DNA of 64,000 nt from Callorhinchus milii (GCF_018977255.1 NW_024704742.1:133860001-133924000), one strand, 5' to 3'; shown: positions 24,478 through 37,447, numbered from the stretch's first letter. The notes: generated from the sequence alone by a model not told the origin. Numbers and translations: made by a program.

Positions 24478-24797
24478 AAGCTAATACATTCTTATTCAAA
24501 TAAATCATAAAGGAATGCTTTTGCTCAATGAAATCCCTCAAACTTCCTCCCACTGGCGCCTCAATGAATCAGAAGTGAATTGAAAAATGCAAATAAGACA
24601 TTTCTCAATATTACTTATCCAACTCCGCTACCCATTCCCTCTGCTCTGCCAACTCTACCCTGCTTCATATTCATATCTGTCGCCAAGATCAGTGCCACAT
24701 AGAATCCCAAAATTATACAGCACAGAAGAGGCCATTTGGCCCATCGTATCTGTGCCATCTTCCGTAACATGGACAGAGTGAATGATGAGGAACTTAC

Positions 24798-24827
24798 TGG
24801 TATCAGACATTGTTATACTTGACTCAT
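24798..24827 (-). other. Candidate 30-nt internal exon (phase 1-1, xESSITMSDT)
   Basis: Acceptor ttttattttctgttgcag and donor CCA|gtaagt; only one frame is open; host gene unknown. Confidence 0.35.
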
Positions 24828-26714
24828 CTGCAACAGAAAATAAAAACTGTAAGAAAACACGGTGGGCGTAAGAGGACTTTGTGAACACTCTGTACTTTGC
24901 ATTCGAACACGGCAGCCAATATATGCACAGCAATTACCCACAAACTAGCATGAAATGAATGAACAATATTATTTGACGGATTGTTGGCCTTGACACCCTT
25001 CTCATATAAATGCAAATTGCTGTTTTAATTTTCAAAAAATGTTTTCGCTCTCATCTGTTTTCAATGTGGGCAAAAAGCTATGAAATTAGAAATGTATGCT
25101 TGCGTCAAGTAGCCTGAAACCACATTGTTATAAACCTCTCGTAGTGATGAGAACGGGATAATATTTCTGTTACGGTTATGTCTTTATCCCCGGGAGCTGT
25201 TATTTATTTATGTTCTCTCACTGCACTGGTGATTAACTTTCAATTGAATGGATGTTCTGCATTGTCCTTGTTAAGTGAGGTCAAACTCAGCACAGCAACC
25301 AATGCTGCTGCCACAGATTTCCATTGAGTTTATCATTACCTCCTACCTTCCCATCACTCACTGGAGCAGAGAAGTGTTCAGAGAGAGAGGAATTGTAAAC
25401 AGCAGCTCTCAAAATTACTGAAGTAATCTGAGAGGCTGGTAAAAAAATTTAAACCGCAGGGAACCATTTTCTAAATTAAGACTGAATTTAAGAAATTTCC
25501 AAAATCTTACCAACATTTTTTTGTAAAAAAACTCAGCCTTTGCCTCTCTTCAGATCACACCTGAATCTCCTACAAAAAAAGCTAAATAATGATAATTTGG
25601 TCACTCAATCCACGACTATTTGTGGGACACTGTGGTGCACAATTGGCTGCCATGTTTCGCCCACAAAATACACAGTCAATCAACTTCACAGTATAATCTG
25701 TGAACCTCTTTGAGAAGTCTCGAAGATGTAATAAGGCGCTAGCTATATCAAATGCAAAGATTATTATTATCGTACCAACCTTTTGGAAACAAAAACCTCC
25801 ACTTTTGCTCCTCTTCAGATTGCACCTGAATCCCTTAAAAAGAGGATTGTTTTTAGCGCCTTGGGACATTTATATTTATATAGTTCCTACTGACGTGAAA
25901 GGAGCTATATAAATATAATTTTGTTGTTCTTAAAAAAAATGTGGTCACTCAATCCATGACTGTTTGTGGGACAAAATATACAGTATATTCTGTGAAGCGC
26001 TTTGGGGCATCTCAACGATGTGATGAGGCGCTTTATCAAATGCAATGATTATTATTATTTTTATATAACCTGCAACTTTAAATTTTAAGGCAAAATGGTT
26101 TTACAGTGTAAGACCTGGAATAGCTTCTCTCAGTGTCCTGGCAAACAATTCTCCAAAATAAAGACACATTGGTATGTGCAATTGGACTGTTGTCTTGATC
26201 TGAAAATAGCCAGTTACTGCACTTCACAGTCAATCCTGTAAAGCGTTTGAGACGTCCTCCTGATGTGCAAAGTTCTGTGTCAGATGTAAGGGTTATCTTA
26301 TCATTCACTGATATTTTAGATTGCAACAAAACAAATTTGAGAGCAGCGTTGATTCATCTCCTGAAAAACCCAGCTTTGTTTAGGTCGCGGAATACAATAC
26401 TATAAACATACGTTGGCCCCATCGGCCTTTGAAAACATCACAGAAATTCGTACATATGATAGAGTGGCTATTACTCCTACAAGGACATTTTGAAGTCATC
26501 CTTCAAGTCCATTTGCCGTGTTCGTTCACAAAATATACACAGTCACACCACTTTACAGTATATAATGTGTAGTGGATTGAGAAGGCTCGACAACATGACT
26601 CTATAGTGAATGCAAGGCTTATTACTATTATAATGTGCCAGGATGCAGTTACCATCTCCTGAGTTAGGTTAAAGGGATTTTAAAACAGGACTCTTCCCAC
26701 GCAACTCTGAACGT

Positions 26715-26870
26715 GTAGGGTGGTCCAATCTGGACAAGCAGCGGGAAGCTTGCCAGGCAGTGCTATCTACGGCAAGCTATGTGGTTTTAGCTGTTGAGCT
26801 CCAGCAGTTACCCCAACACACACTCTGGGGTCCCCCAGGTCATGTCTCTCTCCAACACGCGTCTAATATA
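26715..26870 (+). repeat. Family X internal fragment
   Basis: ctggacaagcagcgggaagcttg...cacactctggg matches 28125-28272. Confidence 0.75.
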
Positions 26871-26914
26871 ATGAGCTCTTGGTCCATAAGCTGAAGGTTT
26901 ATCTGTTACACCAT

Positions 26915-27262
26915 CAAGGAGTAGCACTCCCTCCTCTGAGTCAGAAGGCTATGGTTTCAAGCCCCACACCGAGACTTGGAGGCTATATAGTCTAGGCTGA
27001 CACTCCAATGTGATGCTGTTGTGTGCTGCATTATGTTAGATGCCGTCCTGCCGATGAGACCTTAAACCGAGGCTCGCGTCCCTTTGTTCAGGTGGATTTG
27101 AAAGATCCCTCTGCACAGTTCAAAAGAGAAGGGAGTTTCTCCTGGTGTCCTGACTAACAATCCCCCAGATAAAATTGATCATCCACTGCGCTGTGTGCAA
27201 ATTAGCTGCTGTGTTCATAGCCACTACACTTTACAGAAAATACTATAAAGCGCCTTGAGACA
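26915..27262 (+). mobile_element. Deu-SINE, near full-length
   Basis: ctctgagtcagaagg...ttcaagcccca head; gatgagaccttaaaccgagg Deu core. Confidence 0.88.
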
Positions 27263-27859
27263 TATCTTTCTGCATCATTGATTGTCTTGGATCTTTGCAG
27301 GACTAATATTTGCTAGCAGTAAGTACGATCCCAGTTGTTAGTCTTTTCTTGGATCGCTTTTCCTGGGGTAATCATTTCTTTTAAAATAACCACGACTGTT
27401 TGTGGGACACTGCTGTGCGCAATTGGCTACCGCATTTCATCCAGAATATACACAGTCAATCCACTTTACAGTATATTCTGTGAAGCACTTCGAGACGTCT
27501 CAGCGACTTGATAAGGCCCATATCAAATGCAACGGTTATATCTCATTATAGAGGTCCCTCCTCCACGTGTGTTGGATTCTCTATTTCCCACACTGATCGT
27601 CATGTGGCCCCCTCAGACTCAGGCTGCCAAGTAAGGACATTCTTGAAACAAACTATGTTGTTTTTCCTATTTTTCCCACAGGTCGATGTGTACATCACGC
27701 CTGAGCAGAAGCCCTTTTTGACTGTTCCTTTTTGCGCGCTGTGTCCTGTCATGAATCATATTTACACTGTATCCAGCATGTATCATATACGTGGGGTCAA
27801 AATATTCTTTTTTGATTTGGCACAGTATCTTATCACGTCATCGACCAACAAATGACACC

Positions 27860-28470
27860 CCTGGGAGGGAGGTAAGTGGGGTCTCCTTGGAGCTGACTGG
27901 TCCCAAGGTGACATGCCAGGCAACAGAATTTCGGAATCGAGCCAGGCCTCTATGGTGGTCTCGCAATCTCAATACTCCGGTTCCTGAGCCAGGTCGGTTC
28001 GCAGTATTCCTGGGCACTGCTGATGACAGCACAGACTCATCGGTTGGACCTGGAAGGGCAGACCAGTCACTGGGGGCAGGGGATCATCCCACTCAGCTCC
28101 GATTAACACTGCAAGCCAAAGCCTAACCTGTAGGGTGATCGTAGCTGGACAAGCAGCGGGAAAGCTTGACAGACAGTGATATCGATGCAAGTAATGCAGT
28201 TTTAACGTGTCAGACTCCAACGCACACTCTGGGATCCCCAAGCCTTGGCTCTGTCCAACATGCATCTAATATTTTCCATTATTTGGGTAAGCAGTCTGCG
28301 TCCCTCCAGGGAGAGAGAGAGAGAGAGCGCATTCCATTCCAACAATTTATCTCTGGAATTTCCATGTGTAGGTGGGATGCAGGGAATTTTAAACTTGGTT
28401 TGGACACTCTTAAGCACGGTGATGGGTTCCTGCATCTGTCAGACACCTGAATGGCCGAAAAAAACATCAA
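27860..28470 (+). repeat. Family X, longest copy (~600 bp), unclassified
   Basis: Collinear similarity to 545-640, 26715-26870, 32770-32850, 59715-60210 (-) and 63250-63900 (-). Confidence 0.8.
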
Positions 28471-28961
28471 TCGAGTAATTTCAAAGCGCTTTACAGGATC
28501 TTACTATAAAGTGTAATGACTGTGTGAATTTTGTGAGTGAACGCGGCAGCCAACAACATACCACAAACAGTTGTGGAGTGAGTGACTGATTTTATCTAAG
28601 GGATTGTCGATCAAGTCACCGAAAGTACCATGGGATCTTTAAAGTCTACTTGGACAGGTAGATAGGACCTCAGTTTAATGTCTCAACCAAAGGCTAATTC
28701 CACCTGGGTTGAGGTTTATTCTTATATGTTTGCATTTCAGAGTAACTTGTTAAATTCAGTCCTATCACTGAAGTCAGTTTAATGTAATTTTTTAAAAAAA
28801 CCATACAGGAGTATAGATGGTGGCTTGGCAGTGCATTAAAACTATTCTAAAACTTAAAATAGATAAATGTAGTGGATTTTCTCCCAATGCAGCTGTCAAG
28901 AAATTTCCAGTCAATAATTGAAGAGTTACTTTTGAGTTAAGCCAATATCAATGGTAGGTTT

Positions 28962-29375
28962 TAGCCGGGCTCAGCTCGTAGAATTCTCACCTCTGAGCCA
29001 ATTGTTGTGGATTCAAGACCCATGTCGGGTCGTTTGACCTCAAAGTCGGGGCCAACACTCCATTGCAGCAATGGGGGAGTGCTGCATTGTCAGAGGTGCG
29101 GTCCTTCAGATGAGACATTACACCAAGGTCCCATCTGACTGTTCAGGTAGATGTTAAAAATCCCGTGGCGCTATTGGAAAAGAAAAGGGACTTTCTCCCA
29201 GCATCCTAATCACTCAGGCAAAATCGGTCATTCACTTTATAACTATTTGTGGGACATTCCTGTGCGTTCATCTACAAACATACAGTCACTGCGGTTTACT
29301 GTATCCTCTAAAGCGCTTTGAGACATGTCACCAACATGATAAGGCGCTATATCAAATGCAAGAATTATTATTATT
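28962..29375 (+). mobile_element. Deu-SINE, full-length
   Basis: tRNA-like head, Deu core, L2-type tail with (att)n. Confidence 0.9.
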
Positions 29376-30253
29376 AAATTACAAAAGGCATTATTTGTAT
29401 AAATACCAGTTTTTGTTGTCAGAGATAGAGATGATTTTGAAAGCGAATCAGGAGGTTGTGAGGCAGATGGATTTAATAATAAATAAATTCTTGCATTTAA
29501 TATAGTGCCTTATCTTCGAGGCACGTCTTTGGGACGTCTTTGAGAATATATTGTAAAGTGAATTGACTGTATATTTTGTGGACTAAACGGGAGAAAGTTG
29601 GGAGAAAATCTCTCTGTCTCTCTCTCTCCTCTGTGTCTCTCTTCATTTTCTCTCTCTTTCTATTCTGTCAAGTATCACTGAAACATCAGTCAAGAAACAT
29701 ATATAGTGTGTTCATTTATAGCTTTAAGAAACATTGTAAGTTTAGCCCAGTGCAGGACCTCAGTAGTTTTTCTCTCTCACTTTTGCTCTTGCAAGGGTAC
29801 GTACGTACAAACAGCTATAAAGCACAGAGCATGTTGGCCAAAAATTGGCTGCTTGTCAATTATCTTTCCAGTTAAGGGAAAGTTGACTTTGGAATGACAG
29901 GACTGTGCTGATTGACCTCAAGAACAGTCTATTTCACATGGTCAACCGGTAACAAGGGAATCAAAATATTTTTCGCTCTCGAGTCTCTGGAGCAACAAAC
30001 GTACCATGATTTACAACAAAATACATCCCCTTTGGTGAACTGAATAATAATAGATATAATAATTCTTTGCACTTGATATAATGACTTGTTACATGGGAAG
30101 GATGTCGCAAAGCGCTTCACAAGACTTACTGTGGAATGGAGTGATTGTTGTTAAGTGTATTTGGCGGTTGAATGCGGCAGCACAATTTCGCGGAGCAATG
30201 TCCGACAACCGGCCATGAAATGAATGATCAATTTTATTTGGCGGATTGTTGAC

Positions 30254-30296
30254 CAGAGTCGTGGCCGATGTTTAACAGAGTCGTGGCCGATGTTTA
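30254..30296. repeat. Perfect tandem duplication, 22-bp period
   Basis: cagagtcgtggccgatgttta occurs twice. Confidence 0.9.
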
Positions 30297-30418
30297 CTGA
30301 ACGAATTGAGAGGCCGGGGTAGTAGGGTTACGGGAGGTACAGAGGTAGGATGTGAGGGGAGACCAGGGAGAAATTTGAATGCGTGGACGAGGATCTTGAA
30401 CTTGATCTGCTGGGGAAA

Positions 30419-31750
30419 ACAACAACAACAACAACAACAACAACAAAACTACATTTATAGAGAGCCTTTCTTGTCGGGAGGACGTCCCGAAGCGCTGAAC
30501 AGTCAGCTGTCGGAGCCCGAGCATGGGGGAGGGGTAGTGTAGGGGTGAAGGTGGGCAGAGAGGTGAAAGAGGGCAGAGAGGTGGGAGGGAGACCAAAGGC
30601 ATGGTTGAAGAGAAGAGTCTTGAGACCGGCCTTGAAGGAGGCAAGGGAGGAAGCGAGGCGAAGGGACCGTGGGATGGAGTTCCAGAGTGTGGGAGCAGAG
30701 AGGCTGAAAGCCTGGCCACCGATGGTAGGGTGAGTTGGGCAGGAGACATGGAGCAGGCTGGAGCCTGATGAACGGAGGGAGCGGGCAGGTTGGTAGGGAG
30801 TCAGCAGGTCAGAGAGTTAAGGGGGGGGCAAGGCCATGGATGGCCTTAAAGGTGAGGACGAGGATCTTGAACTCAATCATCTGGGGAATGGGGAGCCCGT
30901 GGAGTCAGGCGAGGGTGGGAATGATGGGGTTGCGGAGCCTGGTGTGTGAGAGTACATGAGCTGCAGAGTTTTGGATGATCCTGCAGCTTGTGAAGGGAAG
31001 AGTTGGGAAGGCCGATGAGGAGGGAGTTCCCGTAATCAAGCCTTGAGGTGACGCGTGTATGGGTGAGGGTTTCAGCAGCCTGAGGGGTGAGGCAGTGGCG
31101 GAGTCTGGCAATGTTGCGGAGGTGGTGGTAGGCAGTGCTGGTCATGGCAGGGATGTGGGGGAGACAGGACAGTTCAGGGTCAAACAAGATACCCAAACAA
31201 GACTGACTTAGTGATGTTGAGTGTGCTGCCATGTCAGCGTCTGAGGTGCTGAGGCGCTGGCGCGAGCCAATCAGCAGGGTCTCAGTCTTGCTGACGTTGA
31301 TTTGGAGAAAGGTGGGGAGAAAGACCCAGGACTTGATGTCAGACAGGCAGTCGATCATGACCTCAGTAGTCCTGGAGTTCAGGGTGGAGGCAGAGAGGTA
31401 GAGTTGGGTGTCATTCACATACATGTGGAAATTTACCCCATGTCTGCGGATGACGCCACCAAGGGGGAGCATGTAGAGGGTGAAGTGGAGGGGTCCGAGG
31501 ACAGAGCCCTGAGGAACACCGCACGAGACAGTGCGGGGACTGGAGGAGAAACCGTTTGCAGCGACGAAGCGGAGGCGGTGTGAAAGGTAGGACCTGAACC
31601 AGTCAAGGACAGAACCTTGAAGGTTGAGGTGGGAGGAGAGGCGGTGGAGGAGGATTGAGTGGTCCACGGTGTCAAAGGCGGCGGAGAGGTCGAGGAGAAC
31701 GAGAAGGCAGAGGGAGCCCTGGTCACACATGGTCAGGATGTCGTTTGTGA
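30419..31750 (-). mobile_element. L2-clade LINE, 5'-truncated, RT with mutated active site, complete 3' tail
   Basis: ORF 30873-31730: LLDLSAAFDTVDH, GVPQGSVLGP, YVND in place of YADD (31410-31421), SRLDYGNSLL; (ttg)n tail at 30419-30446. Confidence 0.96.
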
Positions 31751-32275
31751 GGGGGAGCCAGTGGAGCTGAGAGAGAATATCTCAGGGATGGAAAAAAATG
31801 CTTGGCTTAAAATGTATCCTTCAAACTCTTGATGTTTTTATCCATAGGGTCGGGACTGAATTCAGACACAATAAACTCCTAATAACACGTCATTCTGAAG
31901 CCTCAGTGATGAGATATCCGGAGAGGCGAGTTAGGCATATGTATAAATACAATAAATGTGGCTGGGATGTGATGACTTATGACTTAAGAGATAGTGGTGA
32001 GTTAAGCCAGAGTCGAGTTATCAGGAGTTTACTGTGTATGTGGTTTCACTGGGTCCTGATGAAGATTCTACATCTGAATTCATTTTGCAACCACACACAT
32101 CTGGAGCAAATTCCAAGTCCGTTAATTTCATTTGAGATACTTTCTTCGACAGCCTATGCTTCAGGTGAATGTCAAAGAACTCATGGCATGGCTGGAAAGA
32201 GAAGATTGTTCTCCCGGTGTCTCGGCCAACAATGGCCCAGACTGGCCAACGTCAACAACAACAACTTTCAATTTA

Positions 32276-32627
32276 GTGTCCTGTAGTATTGTGGTCAGAG
32301 CATTTGTCTAGCAAGCGAGAGGACCCGGGTTTGATTCTCGGGCAGAGCGAAGCCTTAGGCAAGTTTCTTTACTCCACATGCCTCTGTTTACCTAGCAGTA
32401 AGTAGGAAACCAGTTGTTAGTCGATTGGTGTATCGCTTTCCGGGGGTAATAATACCTCCAAAAAAATTAAATAATTCAGCCACTCAATCCACCATTGTAG
32501 GACACTGCTGTTTCCCCATTCGGATGCTGCATTTTACACACAAAATATACAGTCAATTCACTTTACACTATATTCTGTGAAACGCTTTGAGATGTCGCAA
32601 CGACGTGATAAGGAGCTGTATCAAATG
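32276..32627 (+). mobile_element. SINE family A, long form
   Basis: Head, long block, tail. Confidence 0.9.
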
Positions 32628-33329
32628 TTCTTGTAGGATAGCATCTCAAAGTACTACAGAGTGGAGGGGTTTGATTGCCGAGCAAGGGAAAAAGGGACGG
32701 GGTGGTGACCGTGGGCACACTGTGTTCCAGTTAAACAGAAATTGCTGTGAATATGTGGAACTCTCAGTGGTTTAGTTTGGACAATCTTAAACACGGTGAC
32801 GGGTTTCCGCTCGTGCCGAACATCCAGCTGACCACATTAAAAAATACCCTGTTAGCTGATGTCTATCGTTTTCTATGTGAAGCCAGAAAAAACAACTCAT
32901 TATTCCCTCTACCCAGACTTGCTGAGCTAACAGTTCTGACAAGTGCTAAATGAGAAAGCACACATCTCCCTCAAATTAGTCAAATCTGATAACGTGTGGA
33001 ATGCATAAGGTTATAAAGAGGGAACAAGCAATTCTCTTGAGTTATTGCTGTTAATTTGCGGTTCAAATTCCTCTTGTCTATTTTTGTTTTGTTTCGAGAG
33101 TGGGGGGAGGAGAGAGGTGGAGAGCTCCCTCAGTGCACTTCATCTTGTGTTGAGCAGAGATGGCAGAGAGATAGGATTCATCTGTTGCGATAGCATTCTG
33201 AGGAATTTCTAGGAATGTCCAAAAACACTTGGATTTAATTCAGCTGCATTTAGGCTCGAGATTTCCACTGTGAAGTGCTTTGAGACGTCCTCCCATGTGA
33301 AAGAAGTTACACATTGTTTTTGTTGCTCG

Positions 33330-33700
33330 GTGTCAGTTGGTAACACTCCTTGCTCCTTGAGACAAAAGGTTGTGGGTTGAAGCCACAACAGAACTTTGAG
33401 CTCATATAGTATAGGCTGCCACTCCAATGCAGTGCTTATGGGGGTGACTGTCCTTCGGAAGTATGTTAACCAAAGTCCCACCTTCCTGTTCAGGGCGATG
33501 TTAAAGATCACGTGGCACTACTTGAAAAGAGAAGGGAGTTTCTTTCGGTGTCTTGGCCAACAATGCCCCAAATAAGATCGGCTGTTATTAGACATCGCTG
33601 TGCCCAAATTGTCTGCCACTCTTGTCTTCACAAAACATAGTCACTACACAGTGAAACACTTTGAGACATCCTCTTGATGTGAAAGGCTAAATGAAAGGTC
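33330..33700 (+). mobile_element. Deu-SINE, degraded
   Basis: Head remnant and Deu core. Confidence 0.8.
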
Positions 33701-34189
33701 ATTACCATTCCTCACCACCTCTTCCTCTCCAACCGCCAAGAAAAAAATGGTTTGCACATGGCTTGCACAACTTGAACAATAGACAAGTGTTAGCTACTGA
33801 CAGAGGCAGGTCGATTTCTGACATGTAAAAACAAACAGACAGTGGATTGTATCCAGCTGCAATGCTTGATTAATAATGATATAATAATAATCTTTGCATC
33901 ATATACAGTCGTGGCAATATCTCAACACGCTTCACAGGTGACAGTGTACAGGTAGTTGAACGACAATAATAATCCTTGCATTTGATATAGCGCTTTATCA
34001 CATCTTCGAGACTTCTCAAAGCACTTTATAGAATATACTGTAAAGTGAATTGACTGTATATTTTGTGTGTATTTTGTGAGCAAAACAGGCAGCCAATTGT
34101 GCACAGCAGTGTCCCTAAAACAGTTGTAGATTGCATGACTTGCATGTGTTACCTTAAAATTTAAGGTGGCGCGGAACTGCGCAGAATTC

Positions 34190-34560
34190 AACATCAACAA
34201 CTTGCGTTTATATAGTGCCTTTCACGTGGGTAGAGTCATGGAGTGCTTATCAGTGGTGGAGCTCAAAGTCAAACTGGAAAGGGAGCAGAGATGACTGTGG
34301 ATGGAAGAGGAAAGTCTTCAGGTATGATTTGAAGACGGGCAAAGAGGGGCCAAACGCAGGGATTGAGGCAGGGAGTTCCAGAGATTTGTTTTTTCGTGCC
34401 TGAAAGCACGGCCTCCAATTGTGGAGCTGAGGGGACGAGGAATGTGCAGAAGTCCCGTGCCAGCTGAGCAAAGGCGCTGTGTGAACAGAGCAAAGAGAGA
34501 GGGAGGTGCCAGGACACGAAGAGATTGAAAGTGAGAGCAAGCATCTTGAAATCGAGTTCT
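34190..34560 (-). mobile_element. Old L2-type 3' fragment
   Basis: FKSYLKTFLF peptide and a gcactatataaacgcaagttgttg tail on the minus strand. Confidence 0.7.
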
Positions 34561-34663
34561 TCAAATCAAAGACAGACTTTTCATAAAAAAAAGTCTTCTG
34601 AATTGAAAACTTAATCCTGCCTCATCTTCGGCCTTGAAAACAAAGTGGTTGCCACGAGCTCAG

Positions 34664-35012
34664 ATAATAATAATAATGATCCTTGCATTTGATTTAGCGC
34701 CTTATCAGGGCCTCGAGCCGTCTCAAAACGCTTCACAGAATATACTGTAAAATGAGCTGACTATGTTTTGTGGGCAAAATGTGCAGCACCGCATCCCACA
34801 ACCAGTCGTGGATTGAGTGACCAATTTATTATTATTATTTTTAAAAAGTATTTATTACTCCCGGAAAAGCGATCCACCATTGTTCCTACATACTGCTAGG
34901 TGAATAGAGGAGTGTGAAGCAAGGAAACTTGCCCAGCATTTCGCCCTGCTGGGAATCACCCAGGTCTCTTGCTTGTGAGGCAAAGGCTCTAACCACTGAG
35001 CTACAGGACTCC
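34664..35012 (-). mobile_element. SINE family A, long form, full-length
   Basis: Ends aaccactgagctacaggactcc. Confidence 0.92.
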
Positions 35013-35764
35013 ATGCAGTGCAGATGCAGTGATGGAGGGGAAATAGTAGGGTTGGAGGGATGACATCGGATGGGCTGAAGGGCCTTCTTTATCCAGACCA
35101 ATCTTGTGACAAGGTGGGATTTGGGGCCCGATTGTGCGAGAATGTTTCCCCCTTAAGATTGCAGGCCCCACTCTCTTTGGAAATGAGTCTTGACCGTGCG
35201 GTTTATGTACTTACAGACTGTGCAGCCAACATGAGCTGAGTCTGTACATCTCTCACAGCCCGGTCACTAAGTGGAGAGGGGACGGCTTGGACCGACGCAG
35301 ACGCACATACCTCTTGCCAGTTGATATCTGCTCACTCTCTAAGATACATTATAAATCACTGTGCCTCTCCAGCCCAATCAGAGCTGATGCTGAGCAGGGC
35401 TGAGTGACAATATCAAACGCACAGACAGTGCATGACCTGACATCAATCACATAGAATATCCAGTAACCGTGGAAACGGCAGAAAAACAGCTGGCGTCAAC
35501 ATTCCAGAGTCACAAATCCACTGAAACAAACACTTGCTCTCATTTTGCAATGTTTATGTAATAATAATCATAATAATGTTTGTGTTGCTACATCATTTGG
35601 AGCCCTCCACCCGGAAGTGGAAAGGCACAATGTCAATGTAAGGATGATGATTATTATGAGATGCCTTTCACTCGAGCTAGAAAATGAAAGCTTTTGAAGT
35701 TTCTGTTCCGTTCGGTGGGTCTTAGAACCTTGGACATGGCCTGCGATTGAAAGGTGGGGTTGGG

Positions 35765-36010
35765 GGTTGGAGATAAATTCAAAACAAATCTGCGGAAACA
35801 ATATTTCAGTGAGTGAGCAGTAAATGTATGGAACAGGATCCCCAGGGAGACAGTGGAAGCAGAAAGTGTTGATTCTTTCAAAAACAAACTAGATAGTTTT
35901 TTTTAGGAAATAATATCTTGGGATACAGTCTATAGTTGGCGACTGCCAGGATGGTGGAAGGCAAACTGCATAGACCTTGATCTTCTTTTATCTATCAATT
36001 CTTATGTTCT
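35765..36010 (+). mobile_element. CR1 3' end
   Basis: KFKTNLRKQYFSE..VNVWNRIP...VEAESVDSFKNKLD; ttcttatgttct tail. Confidence 0.85.
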
Positions 36011-36212
36011 CTGTCTCCTCACTGTCTCAAGCAGAAGAGCAAAGCTAACACCTTTGTGCTGCTGTAGAAACAGAAGTCTGAATGTCGATGGATGACCTGA
36101 TCATCTTTAGAATGATCAGGGGTCTTGATAGTCAATGGGGAGAAATTATTTCCACTGGTCGGTGAGTCAGTGACTAGAAGGCATCAATTTAAGATAGTTA
36201 AATATCAGTATA

Positions 36213-36445
36213 CCACAAACAGTTATGGATTGAATGACCAAATTATTTTTTTTTTTCAATTTTTTTTCAAGAGGTTATTACCCCCGGAAAAGCAATTCAC
36301 CAATTACCTAACAACTAGGTTCCTACTTACACCTAGGTAAACAGAGGTAAGGAAACTTGCCTAACGTTTTGCCGTATCTGGGAATGAAACCCAGCTCCTC
36401 TCGCTTGCGAAGCGAGTGCTCTAAACCACTGAGCTACAGGACTCC
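36213..36445 (-). mobile_element. SINE family A, long form, 3'-truncated
   Basis: Head with ctcgc-ttcgcaa-gcgag anticodon arm and long block. Confidence 0.9.
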
Positions 36446-36879
36446 GTTAGGAATGCTTGTTGAAAGAGCGAGGATAGACACAATGGGTCGAATGACCTTT
36501 TTCTGAGCTGTAAATTTCTATGGTTCTGTGGTCATCTCATTTTAACTCCAGCTACTGTCATGAGTTTATGGGAAGATGTGGGTTTTTGAGTTGCTTTAGA
36601 CAGCAGCTTGAGAGAGGGGTTTGAACGGGGCAAAATAATAAACAAAAGAACAACCAGAAATTAAATCCATATGGGCTCTGATGTTTTCTAAGATAATGTG
36701 ATCGCATTCCTTTATTTATCACAGCAAAAAAGAATGTTGGCAGGAGGTGTAAAGTGCTTGTTGTATGAGATTATTACGTGCGGTTGGATAGCAGCCTTGC
36801 CATCTTTCCTCTCAGCAGAAAAGGGGAAAACATTGCAGGGACCCTCGAAACACAACACCCCACTCACTCAGATTCCATT

Positions 36880-37447
36880 CAACCTGATTTACTGTTGTAC
36901 TGTGCTTGTCAGCCTCCCCAACTCTTTCCTCCACAAGCTGCAGATCAATCAGAACTCTCCAGCTTGTGTCCTTTCCCGCACCCGGCTCTGTGACCCCATT
37001 ACCCCCACCTTTTTCCGGCTCTACTGGCCCCCCTATGTCACAGAGGATAGAGTTCAAAATTCTCGTCCTCGCCTTTAAAGTTCTCCACGCCCTTGTTCCT
37101 CCCTATCTCTGTGACCTGCTAACCCCCTAGCGACCTGTCCTCTTCCTCAACTCAGCGGCTTCCGGCCTACTCCACCTCCCCTGCCTGGCCCACCCCACCA
37201 TTTGGCCTTCAGCCTCTTTGCCCACACCATTTGGAACTTCATCCCACAGTCCCTATGCCTCGCCCTTCCCTTGCCTCCTTCAAGGCCCAACTCAAGACTC
37301 TCCTTCACCCGCAACTTAGGTCATCCTCCTACCCCTACCCTCGCTGCCCTCTACCACTCCTGATCCCAACCCCCAGCTTGGGTCCAGCACTTTGGGACGT
37401 CCTCCTGACGTGAAAGGCGGCATACAAATGTAATTTGTTGTTGTTGT
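36880..37447 (+). mobile_element. L2 3' fragment with tail
   Basis: LHKLQINQNS, RIEFKILVLAFK.LH peptides; stem-loop tail plus (ttg)n. Confidence 0.92.

Noticed and set aside
24798..24827. Resemblance of DESSITMSDT to a PTPRM juxtamembrane peptide (DETHTMASDT)
   Set aside because: Only 10 residues, and the expected downstream HPAIRVADLLQH sequence is absent; no gene symbol is justified.
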